Below are positions 13,575 through 26,990 of a stretch of DNA of 64,000 bases, piece by piece. The DNA is taken from positions 45,446,001 through 45,510,000 of the forward strand of contig NC_043008.1 in assembly GCF_006345805.1 (NCBI RefSeq). The letters run 5' to 3'. The position numbers were made by a program, and so were the translations under genes. Every line of letters starts with the position of its first letter. The first letter of the stretch is position 1. The notes under the pieces are model-generated. The model was not told where the DNA came from. It ran no database searches and saw only the letters and a list, made by a program, of their open reading frames with translations. The DNA comes from Octopus sinensis (Eukaryota).

Positions 13575-14400
13575 GCTAGCCTAAATACCCGGCGTTGCTC
13601 GGAGTTTAAAGAATGTTAAAGGAAATAAATATATTTATTCTGGTAAAAAATATATTTTCGGAAAAATTTCTATCAGAAGACCTGAGTATTAACAGAGTCA
13701 TTAAAACAATTCTTGAAATCAATCACAGTTTAATTTTGTAGAACTTCTAAATATATATTGTAGATTCGAATTCGAATCTGAGGTAGGGCCAATATCCAAG
13801 AAGAAATAGTCACATCGGATTTCAATATGAAATACCGAGTGTATTCTAGCTAATTTTAATAGGTCCATTCCACGAACAATTATTTGAATTACTCGTATCG
13901 ATATCTGTAACTTATGTCACGGGAATATTGAGCATTAAAATTTATAAAATTTATCATATAAATTCAAAGATATCCTACAGTGTATAAGTGTTTGTCTGTA
14001 TGAAAACCTTTCGTTTTCCAGCAACGTTTACCTTTAAAGAGAAAAAACAAAACCGATGAGATTTTCCAGACAGCCAAATTTACTACAGATTGATCCAGCG
14101 GTTTGACCATGCATAGAGGACGGACACACACACACACACACTCAAGCAGACAATAAGATTACAAGTAAAACTATAGTCTTAAGAAAAATGAAAGAATAAA
14201 TGCGACACTATTATATCACCGGAAAAAGCAAAATCGGAAGGCTCGTATGAGGGGACTACAGCCCCTTATATTGGCAAGGGCTAAAATTCGAACCCCCTAG
14301 ACCTTCCCCGAGTAATGAAAAACCTTCATGCCAAATGTGTTACAGATTGATCCAGTGGTTGGCCGTGCATAGAGGAAACACACACACACACAGTGAATTA
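13575..14400 (+). mobile_element. Possible non-autonomous Helitron/Helentron-like (DINE-1/Lep1-style) element(s)
   Basis: Starts CTAGCCTAAATACCCGGCGTTGCTCGG. Two related copies of TACAGATTGATCCAG(C/T)GGTT..CATAGAGGA followed by (CA)n at ~14085-14140 and ~14340-14392. The call rests on motif resemblance only. Confidence 0.4.
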
Positions 14401-14714
14401 TATATATATATACACACATACATAAACATATATATATATACACGTACATATACATATATATATATATACACACATACATATACATATATATATACACACA
14501 TACATATACATATATATATATACATACACACACATACATATATATATATACATACACACACATACATATATATATATATATACACACATACATATATATA
14601 TATATATACACACATGCATATATACACAAACACACACACATATATATATATATACACATACATATATACACACATACATATATATATATATACACACATA
14701 CATATACATATATA

Positions 14715-15612
14715 TATGCGATGGGCAAAATGTCACCATTTATATTTCTTATTTCGCGCATGCTCATGCTTTGTTTTTGAATTTGTCGATTACACAGGAT
14801 AGTAGGGTGGCTTGGGCACTGTCTGTGAGAAAAACAGCACCATGACGAAATTCACTCTGCCAGAAATTCGGAAACGACGTGCTGCACTGCTTGGCTTCGC
14901 ACCGGAAGCTCCAATATGAACGTTTCAGAGTGTTTGTCAATCTGGGAACTTTGAGTGCCCCGAAAACATGTAACGAGAGCGATAGATATCAAACATGCAT
15001 TCAACACCATTATGTTTGGAGTGATCACTAGTGATGGTGATATTATGCTTCCATTCATCCTCTCACACGGCATCAGTCGCAGCACGGAAATCTACATCAA
15101 GTACCTGGAGGAGGTAGTGCTGCCCTAGGTCGAGAGGGGGTGCTGCTGGAAAACCGTGTGTCTGGCAACAGGACTCTGCACCAAGCCACACAAGCAGGAG
15201 AACCCAGTCATGGCTGTCAGTCAATTTCTGTGACTACACTGCTCCTAACATTTGACTACCTTACCCGCCCCCCAGACTGCAACTCCTTCGATTATTATGT
15301 GTGGTGCACAGTTAGGCGAGAGACCGACAAAACTCCTTGTAATGCCAAAGATGAACTGAAGGCAAGTGTTAAGGCAGAGTTCACTAACTTAAGCAAAAAA
15401 AGCGCCCAGAAGAGTTGCAGGAGATTCGGAAGTCGTGTGGAGGCCGTAGTTGAAGCCAATAGCGAATTAAAAAAATTTTGAATAGATTTACTCTTTACTA
15501 TTTCAAGATATTTTTATATAATTTTGGTAAATATATCTCTTAAAATGAGATGTCAATGTTATTTTTATTTTTGCATAATTTAGACGAGAGTTTATTCACC
15601 GCACCTTGTATA
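14715..15612 (+). mobile_element. Tc1/mariner (DD37D/maT-like) transposase remnant
   Basis: Conceptual translation MFGVITSDG..Y..YLEEVVLP*V..VWQQDSAPSHTSRRTQSWL..PDCNSFDYYVW..CRRFGSRVEAVVEAN, with stops and frameshifts. The right end reads TATACAAGGTG from outside. Confidence 0.8.
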
Positions 15613-15890
15613 TTTTAGTGATAATTTTTTACATAAGAAATGTTGCTCATTTCATTTTGTATCATTTATCTATATAAACTATACGAATAATTTCGAATTC
15701 CTGATGTATATCCAGTATCAGGTGCAATTCCATTGTATGATGACATCTGGTTACCATTAAATGTGGACGAGGTTTGCATACGTTTTTTTTTTCTTTACGC
15801 AGATTATATTTCACAAATTTGTCGAAAACATTGTAGTGCTAGTTATTGATATTATTTTGAATTATCTATCTATCTACCTATCTATAGCTG

Positions 15891-15972
<82 letters not shown>

Positions 15973-17115
15973 ATATTATATATATATATATAATATTATA
16001 TTAAATTAGAGATAAAACCACTATTAGGCAAATCAAACAGTGAAATATATATATTTGACAAGACAGAGAGAGGAACGGACGGCAGGCAAAGCGACAAAGG
16101 GTCAGACGAATGGACAGACAAAAAATTGAACCAACACAGACTGAGAGAGAGGTGGATAGTAAATTGGGTAGACAGGTAGATGGAATCTTACATACATTGA
16201 CAGGTAAATACTGTATTTATTACAAAAATAAAATTTACCTGTCTATAAACTATTTTACATTCTGTCAGTCTACAGCTATCTCACATCTCTTCTATAAGTT
16301 CGAGTCAGCGCTAGAATATATATTTAAATTAACACTTATATCAGTGTCATTTTGTTAGCACTTCATATTTTTTCTTTCCATTTCGTCACTTTGATTATGT
16401 TTTTCTCGTAGTTTTTCGGCAACCATTTCAGCAAATACCTAACACCTACAGATGATAAATAACAAGTTATAAATAAGGTAAACTGCCAGGTGACATTTTC
16501 TATCAACACATTTGTGTGATTTTGACGAGAAACTTCGATGTATGAAGCATCATTGCAATAAACTGCAAGGAAAAAAAAAACAAAAAACATTACCATGATG
16601 AAAGAAGGTAAAGCAACTTCTACAAGCTGATAGGCAAGAATTCGTTTCCCTGACTGAAATGAAGATACTTTTTGGATTTGGCATAGTAACTCGAGAACAA
16701 AAATGAATTTTTCTATGTATCAAAAGTACTAAAATAGAAGCGTGAAACATCTTTAAAGTCTAATTGACAAACAAAATGAAATTCGAGCGTTTCATGATAA
16801 TTCGGTTGGTTTCAAAGATAGAAACCTTGAACAAGAATGTAGAATCTTTGTATAATAGAGAAAACATCAATAATTCTGGTGTCTCGGTTATTCGAATAAA
16901 AATCAAGGTCCGAATTTGAAAGGACAAATAATCACTCAAAATTGATACGTTAAGCCCTTTGCGAGTACGAGTTTTCGCAAAGACCTCTTTATCGAATACA
17001 GAGAAAATACGCAATTTGGATTTAAAACATCAAAAGCCCGCTTAACTCGCAGAAGTGTTCAGGATTCTTATAAGGTATAAGCAGTATATATATATATATA
17101 TATACAGATATATGT

Positions 17116-17158
<43 letters not shown>

Positions 17159-17339
17159 TAAGCGTATATGTGTATATACTTTAAGATTATACGTATATTT
17201 GTGAGTATGTGTAAGTGTCTATATGTTTGTGTGTACTTGTATATATGTATAAGGTTATATGTGCATATATGTATCTCAGACGTTGTATCCATTCACCGTA
17301 AGACGGTGGTGAGAGGGACGAACGCACACACACGCACAT

Positions 17340-17822
<483 letters not shown>

Positions 17823-19149
17823 CTTTATTTTATGACCCCAGATTAAGCAAGAATTGATTAATGTACTTAATCATTTCATTTACAAGCATATCTCATATTT
17901 ATTTTAAAATTGTGGAGGTGTGGTTGATTTTATATTATGCGTGAAATTATTAATCTGAGACATTTCTGGAAAGTCATTTATGGTTCATCTAAATCTTGTT
18001 CTACGAGCATTTAGTGACTTCTGGATGATCATCAATATCATAAAACTCATTCTATATTATCTAATTTTTGTTATTGTTCTGTTTAACACATCGCGCTTAA
18101 AAAATAGGTGTGATGATAACTGAAATTTTAAGGATAATATACTCGGTATTGCGGATTTCATTTATGAAATATAGAATACCAAGTTAAATTTCTTTTTATT
18201 CATTCTCTTTACGTTTTAAGTTCAAGTTCTGCCAGGGCTGAACTTTCCTTCGCTTAGTGTGGGCAAAATATAACGGTCATGAACTAGAAGGAATGGAAAG
18301 AATCACTATTATTTTAGTTAATATTAGTGACAATATGTATTAGGATAACGTCATCAATCTGTGACAAAGAAAATCTTAAATTTTATCAGGGCTTCATTTT
18401 GAAATTTTTGCCAGAAGTGAGAATATCTTCCGAACAATGAACGACTGTACAACCTCATAATCACGATTTTCTATGCTTTTTTAGTAGCATGACAAGGATC
18501 TTAATCTTTCAATTATTCAAGATGTCATTTTAAAAACAAAACCCTTGCAATTTCAAGGAAATTACAATCTGTTTGTTTTCGCCGCATTCAGTGACAATCT
18601 ATTGGAGTTGCAATTTTGTCTAATACATGTATCGTGTTACGAAAAAAGTTAGCGTTGTTTCTTATTGTTGCAGCTAGTTGAATAGTTTGTTCTGAACACA
18701 TAACTTCAGCAGTCTTGCAACTACGGCTGATGTGTTTGTATGAACATTTTCTGGTCGATTGGTGGCACCAGTAGAAGTCTAACAGGTACGAGGAAAACAC
18801 AGTAAGCAAAACTTAAGAAGGAGACAGATTTGTTTGATGTTTCCAACTGGCTCTTCCTGCAAACTTTGAACTGGAGCAGGGAACACTGTGTCGAGGTTCA
18901 ATTAAAACTTAGAGAGCAAGATTCTGGCGTTTAACAAAAGTTTGAAATAAAACCCGAGTAAAACTCTTCTATAGAAAACTGGCGACTATTTTCTACGTTG
19001 GGGATGTTAATCGTTTCATTCTCTTAAAGATAACTCTTCTAATACAGATGAAATAATTGTAATGGAAGCCTAACCCATCGTTTTGCTGAGCTTAAAGATA
19101 TGTCCTTCGTACAACAGCCCATTTATATATCGCATGCAGGTCATTTTGC

Positions 19150-20060
19150 TGTTTTACTAGGTCATCAGGGTCGTTGACCGTCTGTCGTACTTTTGTATCA
19201 TCAGCCTCCCTGGTGAGAGTGGTGACTGTACGACTGATGGCATATCTGAGAGAGCCCCCAGGAACGTTAGTGGTCCCAGTACAATTCCTTGAGGATCACC
19301 ACTGTGGATTGATGTCTCCCTAGAGAGCACAATTGGCTGCAACTTCTGCCCTTTAAAACGTTGTGCAGCCAGTCTCTCGGTTTTCCAGTGATACCAAAGT
19401 CGCGTAGTTTGTGACATCATCCCCATGGTCAACTTTGTCAGAGAGAATAACATGCTCACAAAAACACAAGATGGTTTCCGCTCAGAGAGGAGATGCCTCA
19501 CACAATTATTACAACGTTATGATTGAGTACTGAAACAGCAGCTCAACTACTCAAAAGTGATATATCTCAATTTTGACAGAGTTCTTTGAGTAGTGGAGCC
19601 GGATTGCCTCACGTTTCGCTACCAAGTTGAAGCTCTGTGGCGACCACAGTTGGGATTAGTAATCCAGATGACGGGGTACAAATTTCCTAAACAGGAGTAA
19701 TAAGGAATCGTTATTTCTGGCTTTGAATGATCTAAGGGTGGATCCAGCTATTCGCCTGCATAGTGCTGCCATCCTGGCAATATGCGCATGGAATGTTGCT
19801 TCACTACTCATGGAATTAAGAATTATACCAGCCACCGAATTGAATTGCACTGCATAATACTAAAGATACCGTCGTCTCTTCTCAGATAAGGGCCCAGTAT
19901 TGCAAAGAAATCTTCAAGGCGTAGATATGGAAACGTTCAAAATGCACCTGGATAAACTTCTATCTGAAATCCCAGATAAGCCGACATCGCGACAGGAGGC
20001 AAAAAGAAGAGCAGCCCCGTCCATCTCGCTTCTTCACCAAAAAGAGCAAGAGTGAGGGGT
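19150..20060. mobile_element. Scrambled family A LINE remnant with alternating orientations
   Basis: 19150-19440 minus (DKVDHG, GDPQGIVLGPL); 19441-19585 plus (TQDGFRSERRCLTQLLQRYD); 19590-19850 minus (CRRIAGSTLRSFK, RHLDY); 19860-20050 plus (FKMHLDKLLSEIPDKP). Confidence 0.7.
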
Positions 20061-20128
20061 CCACGTCGAATGATCTAATACTGGCGGCTCTTTAATATGG
20101 AAATGACTGGTGAATGAAGCGATTGGTA

Positions 20129-20180
<52 letters not shown>

Positions 20181-21782
20181 TCAGGGTATCGAGGTGCTGA
20201 TGAAATCCCAAAATAGTATTGCAAGCAATAGAGTTGATCACTCGTTTCTTGTCCACGAAGGTATTGCTTATAAAGCCATGCCGATTATATAAGACGAAGT
20301 AATCAACATTGGTTGCTAAAATTTCGTTATATATAGAAATCCGGGAAATTATATGCTGAAGTCCTATGCTCACTGATGAAATTCTAAAACGAAATTGAAA
20401 CTAGTCCGGCTGGTCCCACATTTTTTGTGTATGACATCGTGCATTTATAGACAAGTTGTTCATAGAGTGTGAGATGAAAATACTGTAGAACTGGTGCTGA
20501 AATATTCTTGCTGAAAAAATGAAATGCAGGTAAGCTACTAGTGATATTTACAATAGCAGCCCTAGAGGTTTTTCAGATTCATTAATGGATATATAATAGT
20601 TAAATCCCTTTTCCCGCTTGACTGTTATGTAGAAATGAAATTAACTATAGTGTTCTGTCTAATGGCGCATGTATCCGTGTTATTCGTGAACAAATAAAGT
20701 GATTTTCTTTTTGTTTTTAGATAGCGCATAAGAAATATTTTAACATTTACATATTGTTTCGCACCTCATAAAAACTGATACATGCTTCGTTGAAGCGGCG
20801 AAGCAAATTTATTGCTTCGTTCAAGCCATTACATCGGCAATGCTTTTGGAGAAAACAAATGGTTGTTCCTGCACTGCCTTTCACATATTTACTAAAAGAA
20901 TTTTATAATTATTAGAAAGATAATTGTTTTTTATAAGGCTTGTTATATACATGGTATCTAATTCGATTTACTGACAAATTTGGTATATTCCACAAATATA
21001 ATTCATAATATAAAAACACATTTCTTAAAGTTTGCATTTTAAAAGCTGATTTAAAACAAAACAGTTTGTACATTTAGCCACTTCATCAGCGAAGTGTAAA
21101 TTAAAGAAAAGCTCCTTTATCTTCCGAAGCGTATTCTTCTTGGCATTCTAAATAACCCATTACGCTGAGATCAACATTTGGATTTTCAATTATTTTGCTT
21201 TTTATCGCTACTTTTCCTCCGCTTCTGCATAACCAAAGTTCTAAGAATGCCTTGCAACACTTCACCGTGGAATCACTATCTAATCCTATTGATTAAGTGT
21301 TTAAACGACCTCAAATAGATTTTCACTTCGTAGCATTACAAACGTAAATCTTCACACAAAGGAATTCTCATCAATTTTAAGAGAAAATTATCCAGTGTAT
21401 ATTCTCTAACGAAGTTATCGTTTTCCATTAAAGCAGTTAATTACTCGTGTTATGACACTTAAATTTATTTAAAAATACTTAAAATATATTAAAAAGAGTT
21501 CCATGTATTTTTTTTCGTTTTATTATAAATTATTGTTTTGTGCCACAACTTCTATCACTAAGATACCTTGGGAAATGTCTAGCTTTCTTTAGGAAATGCA
21601 TATTAAAAGCTTATATGATATGAAAATGTTTGTATTTACGTCTTATGCGGTAAATATTATATTGAATATTTCAAATGCATAATTGCGATGTTATATATAT
21701 AAAGATATTTTTCATGTATAATCTCTGTATAGCATGATGATAACAAATATAGTGGTATACATAATTGTGTATGTTGCGTGTG

Positions 21783-21827
<45 letters not shown>

Positions 21828-21831
<4 letters not shown>

Positions 21832-22611
21832 AGGAAAATTTTTTTTAAAAATGCAGAATGCTCAAATGAAAGAAAATTTTAATAAAATGAGAAAATGATA
21901 AAATATATAAATATATATTTATTCAACCGGTTTTCGTCATTGTATGACTTGTCAACAATATTTATGTTTTAAGAAGTTATTTTAAAAATTAGAAAGGGGA
22001 AAAAAAGAAAATTGCATTGTTTTTTGTAAAAGAATAATGATAAAAATGTACAAAAATTAAAAAATAAGTTCTCCGATACATTGTGAGTTCGTTGTGTATC
22101 TTGAGTTTTATGGTTGTTTACCAAAAATTACCTTGAGGTGTTAAGATCCAAAGGGATTAAGAGCATGTGATGTGTTGTGTTGTTAAATTCAGCATGTTGC
22201 AGGACAGGAAGTATACAGGAAGTATACTTCCTGTCCTGCAACATGCTGAATTTAACAACACAACACATCACATGCTCTTAATCCCTTTGGATCTTAACAC
22301 CTCAAGGTAATTTTTTGGTAAACAACCATAAAACTCAAGATACACAACGAACTCACAATGTATCGGAGAACTTAGTTTTCAATTTTTGTACATTTTTATC
22401 ATTATTCTTTTACAAAAAACAATGCAATTTTCTTTTTTTCCCCTTTCTAATTTTTAAAATAACTTCTTAAAACATAAATATTGTTGACAAGTCATACAAT
22501 GACGAAAACCGGTTGAATAAATATATATTTATATATTTTATCATTTTCTCATTTTATTAAAATTTTCTTTCATTTGAGCATTCTGCATTTTTAAAAAAAT
22601 TTTTCCTTACT
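21828..22611. repeat. ~780-bp near-perfect palindrome (~386-bp arms), PLE-like fold-back
   Basis: 21828-22213 is the reverse complement of 22226-22611 with only a few differences. The centre is GAAGTATACTTC with an 11-bp duplication of ACAGGAAGTAT. The left end abuts (TA)n. Confidence 0.95.
22479..22520 (+). ncRNA. Degenerate hammerhead-like motif (U3:A8 core) in the palindrome arm; mirrored on the minus strand near 21920-21960
   Basis: TATT, G, TTGACAA, GTCA/TACAA/TGAC, GAAA, palindrome AACCGGTT, G, AATAAA. The register around the cleavage site and the base of stem I is imperfect. Confidence 0.35.
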
Positions 22612-22658
22612 TATCATTTCTCCACGTGCGGTCAACACAACCCCACCATTTATTGATC

Positions 22659-22703
<45 letters not shown>

Positions 22704-23689
22704 GTAGTCATCTGTGCATCATATCTAATGTAAATGCATTGTTCAGAGGCACACATGCGGTGTTATGGACGCGATGAATACAAAAATAATAGAATGAACG
22801 AAGAGTGTTGCAGAAGCGACTGACGATAATGTCACATGCAGTTCGGTCTCCTTTGGTTTCGTCACAGGCTTGTACTCACAAATGGATTTATGCTCGGAAG
22901 ACATTTGGATTTGATAGATAGGAAAACAAGGAGAAAATACACTGGCATTTCAAACAGCCGCCCGCGATTAAAGATCGGTTATACAGAAGCCGTATTAAAT
23001 AAAAATGGCTGTCCATGTATCATATAAAAATGAGCATTAAGAAGAAATAAATGTAAAACACGTATGAAAATAGTACGATGAGAATTTTAGAAAGAGTTCA
23101 GATAATACGAAGAGGTCAGTACTTTTATTTATGTATTTATTTGTTTTCTTTTATATGTTTAATTTTTATTAATCTTTTGTCTGCAATACTCAATTACCTT
23201 TAATTTAATTATATTATTTCATTTCTCCACTTTCATTTTAATTACATTTTATTTCTGACAAGGTCTTTTTTCCTTCAAGTTATTTGCTACTTGATTGCAC
23301 AATTCTGCATTCAAAATGTATTCGACTTTTCCACTCAAAACTAATCTCACGCGGTCAAAATCTTCTGGAGGGAGGTGACGCCACCCTTCCTGCGAATACC
23401 TGTAGGCCGCGGCAGTTTCCAGCTTTTACAGTCAATGGCTTTTTTATTCAAAACTATACCATTACGTTGAAAATTAATTTTCCAAACAGCTTTAAATGTT
23501 AATTTGATGAGTGAGTAATCATGAACAATTATAAAGTATTGCCTATTTCTGAATACTCGCGACTGCCTGCTGATAGGTTTTGTGAAACTCAGGGCAATGT
23601 TTTTTGATGATGTTTTCTATTTCAACTACCCTTTTACTCTGCCTTCTGGATTCGAGCACTATATTGTCCACAATGTATGTGCTTATATA

Positions 23690-24032
23690 TTTACTCATTT
23701 ACTTGATTCAGTCATTTGACTGTGGCCATGCTGGAGCACCGCCTTTAGTCGAGCAAATCGACCCCAGGACTTATTCTTTGTAAGCCTAGCACTTATTCTA
23801 TCGGTCTCTTTTGCCGAACCGCTAGGTTACGGGGACGTAAACACACCAGCATCGGTTGTCAAGCACTGTTGGGGGGGGACAGACACAGACAAACAATCAT
23901 ACACACACACACACATATATATATACACATATATACGACGGGCTTCTTTCAGTTTCCGTCTACCAAATCCACTCACAAGACTTTGGTCGGCCGAGGCTAT
24001 AGTAGAAGACACGTGCCCAAGGTGCCACGCAT
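23690..24032 (-). mobile_element. tRNA-derived SINE, lacking its tRNA head
   Basis: Reverse complement of the 36477-36933 SINE, from TGCGTGGCACCTTGGGC through GGCGGTGCTCCAGCATGGCCACAGTCAAATGACTGAA. Confidence 0.85.
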
Positions 24033-24044
24033 ACATACATACAT

Positions 24045-24402
24045 ATGATCTCATTCTTGCTCACAACATCATAAGCGGAAAGTGTAACCTCTCGAAAGAG
24101 CTGTTCTTCACTCCTGCTCAAGAGCGTCGGCTGCGGGGTCACTCCGAAAAGCTCTATCTGCGACGATTTCATCTCAATCGAAGGAGAGGTGCCTTCTCCG
24201 TCCGGGTTGCGGATCCGTGGAATAAGCTGCCGGACGAGATAGTGAAGATGCCGACGACCGCTCGGTTCAAAGTCTCCCTTGACCACAAATGGCCTGAACT
24301 CTTTGCATGAACACCACCCTGTACATAACTCCATGTCCTCCTACATGGCCTTGCTTTTTGCTTTTTGAGCCAAAAAATTAACTTAACTTAACTTAACTTA
24401 AC
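24045..24402 (+). mobile_element. Short 3' fragment of a third CR1-type LINE with an (AACTT)n tail
   Basis: Translates LRGHSEKLY..RRGAFSVRVADPWNKLPDEIV..FKVSLD, a CR1 RT C-terminus. Ends in AATTAACTTAACTTAACTTAACTTAAC and is flanked by ATACATACAT-like repeats. Confidence 0.7.
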
Positions 24403-24419
24403 ATACATACATATAATAG

Positions 24420-26990
24420 AGGTTGAACTGAATATCAAAGACTTAACTGCCATTCGCGCTAATCGGGTAGGCTGAAGAAAGGTTGGAGTTGCTATTTCCT
24501 CCTCCATGATTCTTTCAGCTCAGATGCCAAGAACATTTTCTTCAACGACTATTGCGAATCAGTCTCTGTACACAAGGGTAAAGACCCGTCTTTAATTGGG
24601 CCCTGCAGTCGCCTCACAAGTACCCTTGCCCTATTTCAAAAGTGCCTCGAGAAGATCAAATCTTTCCTACCGCAATGTAACCCAGGATATATTCTGATGG
24701 TGGGCGACTTCAACCTACCCACTGTAGATTGGTCCACTAATATTGTTTGACCAGGAACCTTCACCTCAAGCTCAGACAAAGCAGCGGTGGAATTACTTCT
24801 TAAATTTATGAATAAATTTTTCCTGTCACAATTCATCCATGAACCAACCAGAAATAACCAGTCTTGCACCTAGTGCTAAGCAACCATGCTAACACCATTC
24901 ATAACATCACAATGGAAAGAAGCATCCTATCCGATCATGACATACTACCCTGTAACCTCAATCTCCATCATCCAAAGATTTGGCAGGAATCACTAACTCC
25001 AGTGCAACCATTTGATAAAACGAATTTACACAAGTCAAACTGGAATGCGATCACTCAAGACTTATTGCAAGTGGACTGGTCCTTCACACTTGCTTCCTCC
25101 AGTACCACAACAAACATAAACGAATGGCAACTGTTTCAGGACACAGTCACCCACAAATGCTCAAAACACACACCATTACGACTCATAAATAACAGTAGAT
25201 GCAGGATTCCAAAACAGAGAAAAGCACTCACCAGAAGAATAAAAAGAATAAACTGAAAAATCAATACTTTAAAACACCACCATCAGTATCTGCCCCGATC
25301 GAGAATACTAACAACCTTGGAACCAAACAAGTAATAAATGTAGGACTGTATGAGAACCCTCATAAACGACCAAAGAGCTGCTGAGGAAACCTGGGCTATT
25401 AAAAACACCATGAATAATCCTAGGGTGTTTTACTCCTTTGCAAAAATACATAGGACCAGTTTCCTCGATCGGCCCACCGGTTGACGGAAACGGCGTCCTT
25501 CACAGTGATGCCAAAGATATGGCTGCGATCCTGCAAAGTCAATACTGCTCTGTTTTCAGTGACACTGATTCAGTTGACTCAAGCAGCTTTGCTTCTTTGA
25601 ATCCTCAGCGTGTCCTTTCCGACATAACCTTCGACGCCACTGATATCCTTGCAGCAATAAAATAAATCAAACCTGATTCATCAGTGGGTCCGGAAGGGTT
25701 CCCTGACAGAGTTATGAAAGAATTTTGACAGCAACATGCAGCTCCTCTTGCAAATCTCTGGAGGAAACCACTGGATGCCGGTTTTATCCCTCAAAACCTT
25801 CTCTACCTGTCAGTCGTTCCTATCTTTAAAAAGGCTAATAAATCGCTCTCTGTAAACTACCGTCCAATCTCACTTACCTCACATATCATCAAAGTATTTG
25901 AGAAAGAGTTGAGATCAAGAATAACAGTCTTCCTAGAACAAAACTCTCTCCTAAATTGCAACCAGCGCGGCTGGCGTGGTGGTAGGGACTGTGTAACACA
26001 GCTCCTCCACCACTTTGCTGACATCTTAAATGCTCTAAATGAGGGCACCAACGCCGATGTCATATACCTTGATTTCAGCAAGGCCTTTGACAGAGTCGAC
26101 CACAATATACTGTTAAAGAAACTATCCAACACCGGAGTCGGTGGAAAGCTACTTCAATGGATTAGGTATATCCTAACAAACAGGACTCAGGATGTTGCGG
26201 TTGATGGCATCTACTGAAGACCAGAAAAAATCGTCAGAGGAGTCCCGCAGGCTACTGTGTTGGGTCCACTTCTTTTTATTGTCTATGTCAATGACATTGC
26301 AGATTCCATTGAACATAGCACCATACAAATATATTTGCAGATGACTCTAAGCTCCAGAAAGTCATTAAGAGAGCATATGATCGAACGATGTTTCAATCAG
26401 ACCTATGCGCCCTAATCCAGTGGGCACAAAAAACAATATGAAGTTGAACGAAGACAAATTTGAGCACATCCACTTTTGAAAAGAGGGCGCACTCAAACAA
26501 CCATATGAACTGCCGTCGGGAGTGTACACATCAACAAAATGTGCTCATGGATCTTCGGAACTTTTCAATCTAGGGATCATAAAACCATCATCCTTCTCTT
26601 CTCTACATTCGCTAGGCTTCACCTCGAATACTGCTGCCTATTGTGGACACCCTACAAAAGACATAATGAGCATCGAAGCGTCACAAAGATCAATCTCTAA
26701 AAAAATAAATGGCATGATGGGACTTGATTATTGGGCTCGACTTAAACAGCTGAAACTGTATTCTCTTAACGCCACCGTGAGTGATACATTATTTGCACCA
26801 TGTGGAAAATATTCCGCCAATATTATCCAAATGATATCGGTATTATGTCTACAAATCAGCTAAGACTAGGCCACCGTGCAATTCGTCCTCTACAAAGGGC
26901 GAGGTCATATCACATAAGAACTTTGTGACACAATTTCTTCACTGCAAATGATCCTGCACTTTTCAATGTTATGCCGAAAGAAATTAATTT
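24420..26990 (+). mobile_element. CR1/L2-group LINE, family B, ORF2 remnant (APE endonuclease + RT), heavily degraded
   Basis: MVGDFNLP, RSILSDHDIL, NYRPISLTSHIIKVFE, IYLDFSKAFDRVDH, GVPQATVLGPLLF, LDYWARLKQLKLYSL. Confidence 0.85.

Noticed and set aside
16363-16596. Possible host exons with good-looking acceptors (minus ~16566; also 18674-18785 plus, ~18600-18780 minus, 4587-4769 minus, 645-833 plus)
   Set aside because: No recognisable protein similarity and no consistent multi-exon chain. The plus candidate has stops in all three frames. RNA-seq would be needed.
23504-23533. Decayed hammerhead TTGATGA-GTGA(GTAA)TCAT-GAA-CAATTAT
   Set aside because: One core A is missing, stem III is mismatched, U3/G8 is non-compensatory and stem I does not pair. 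At most a fossil.
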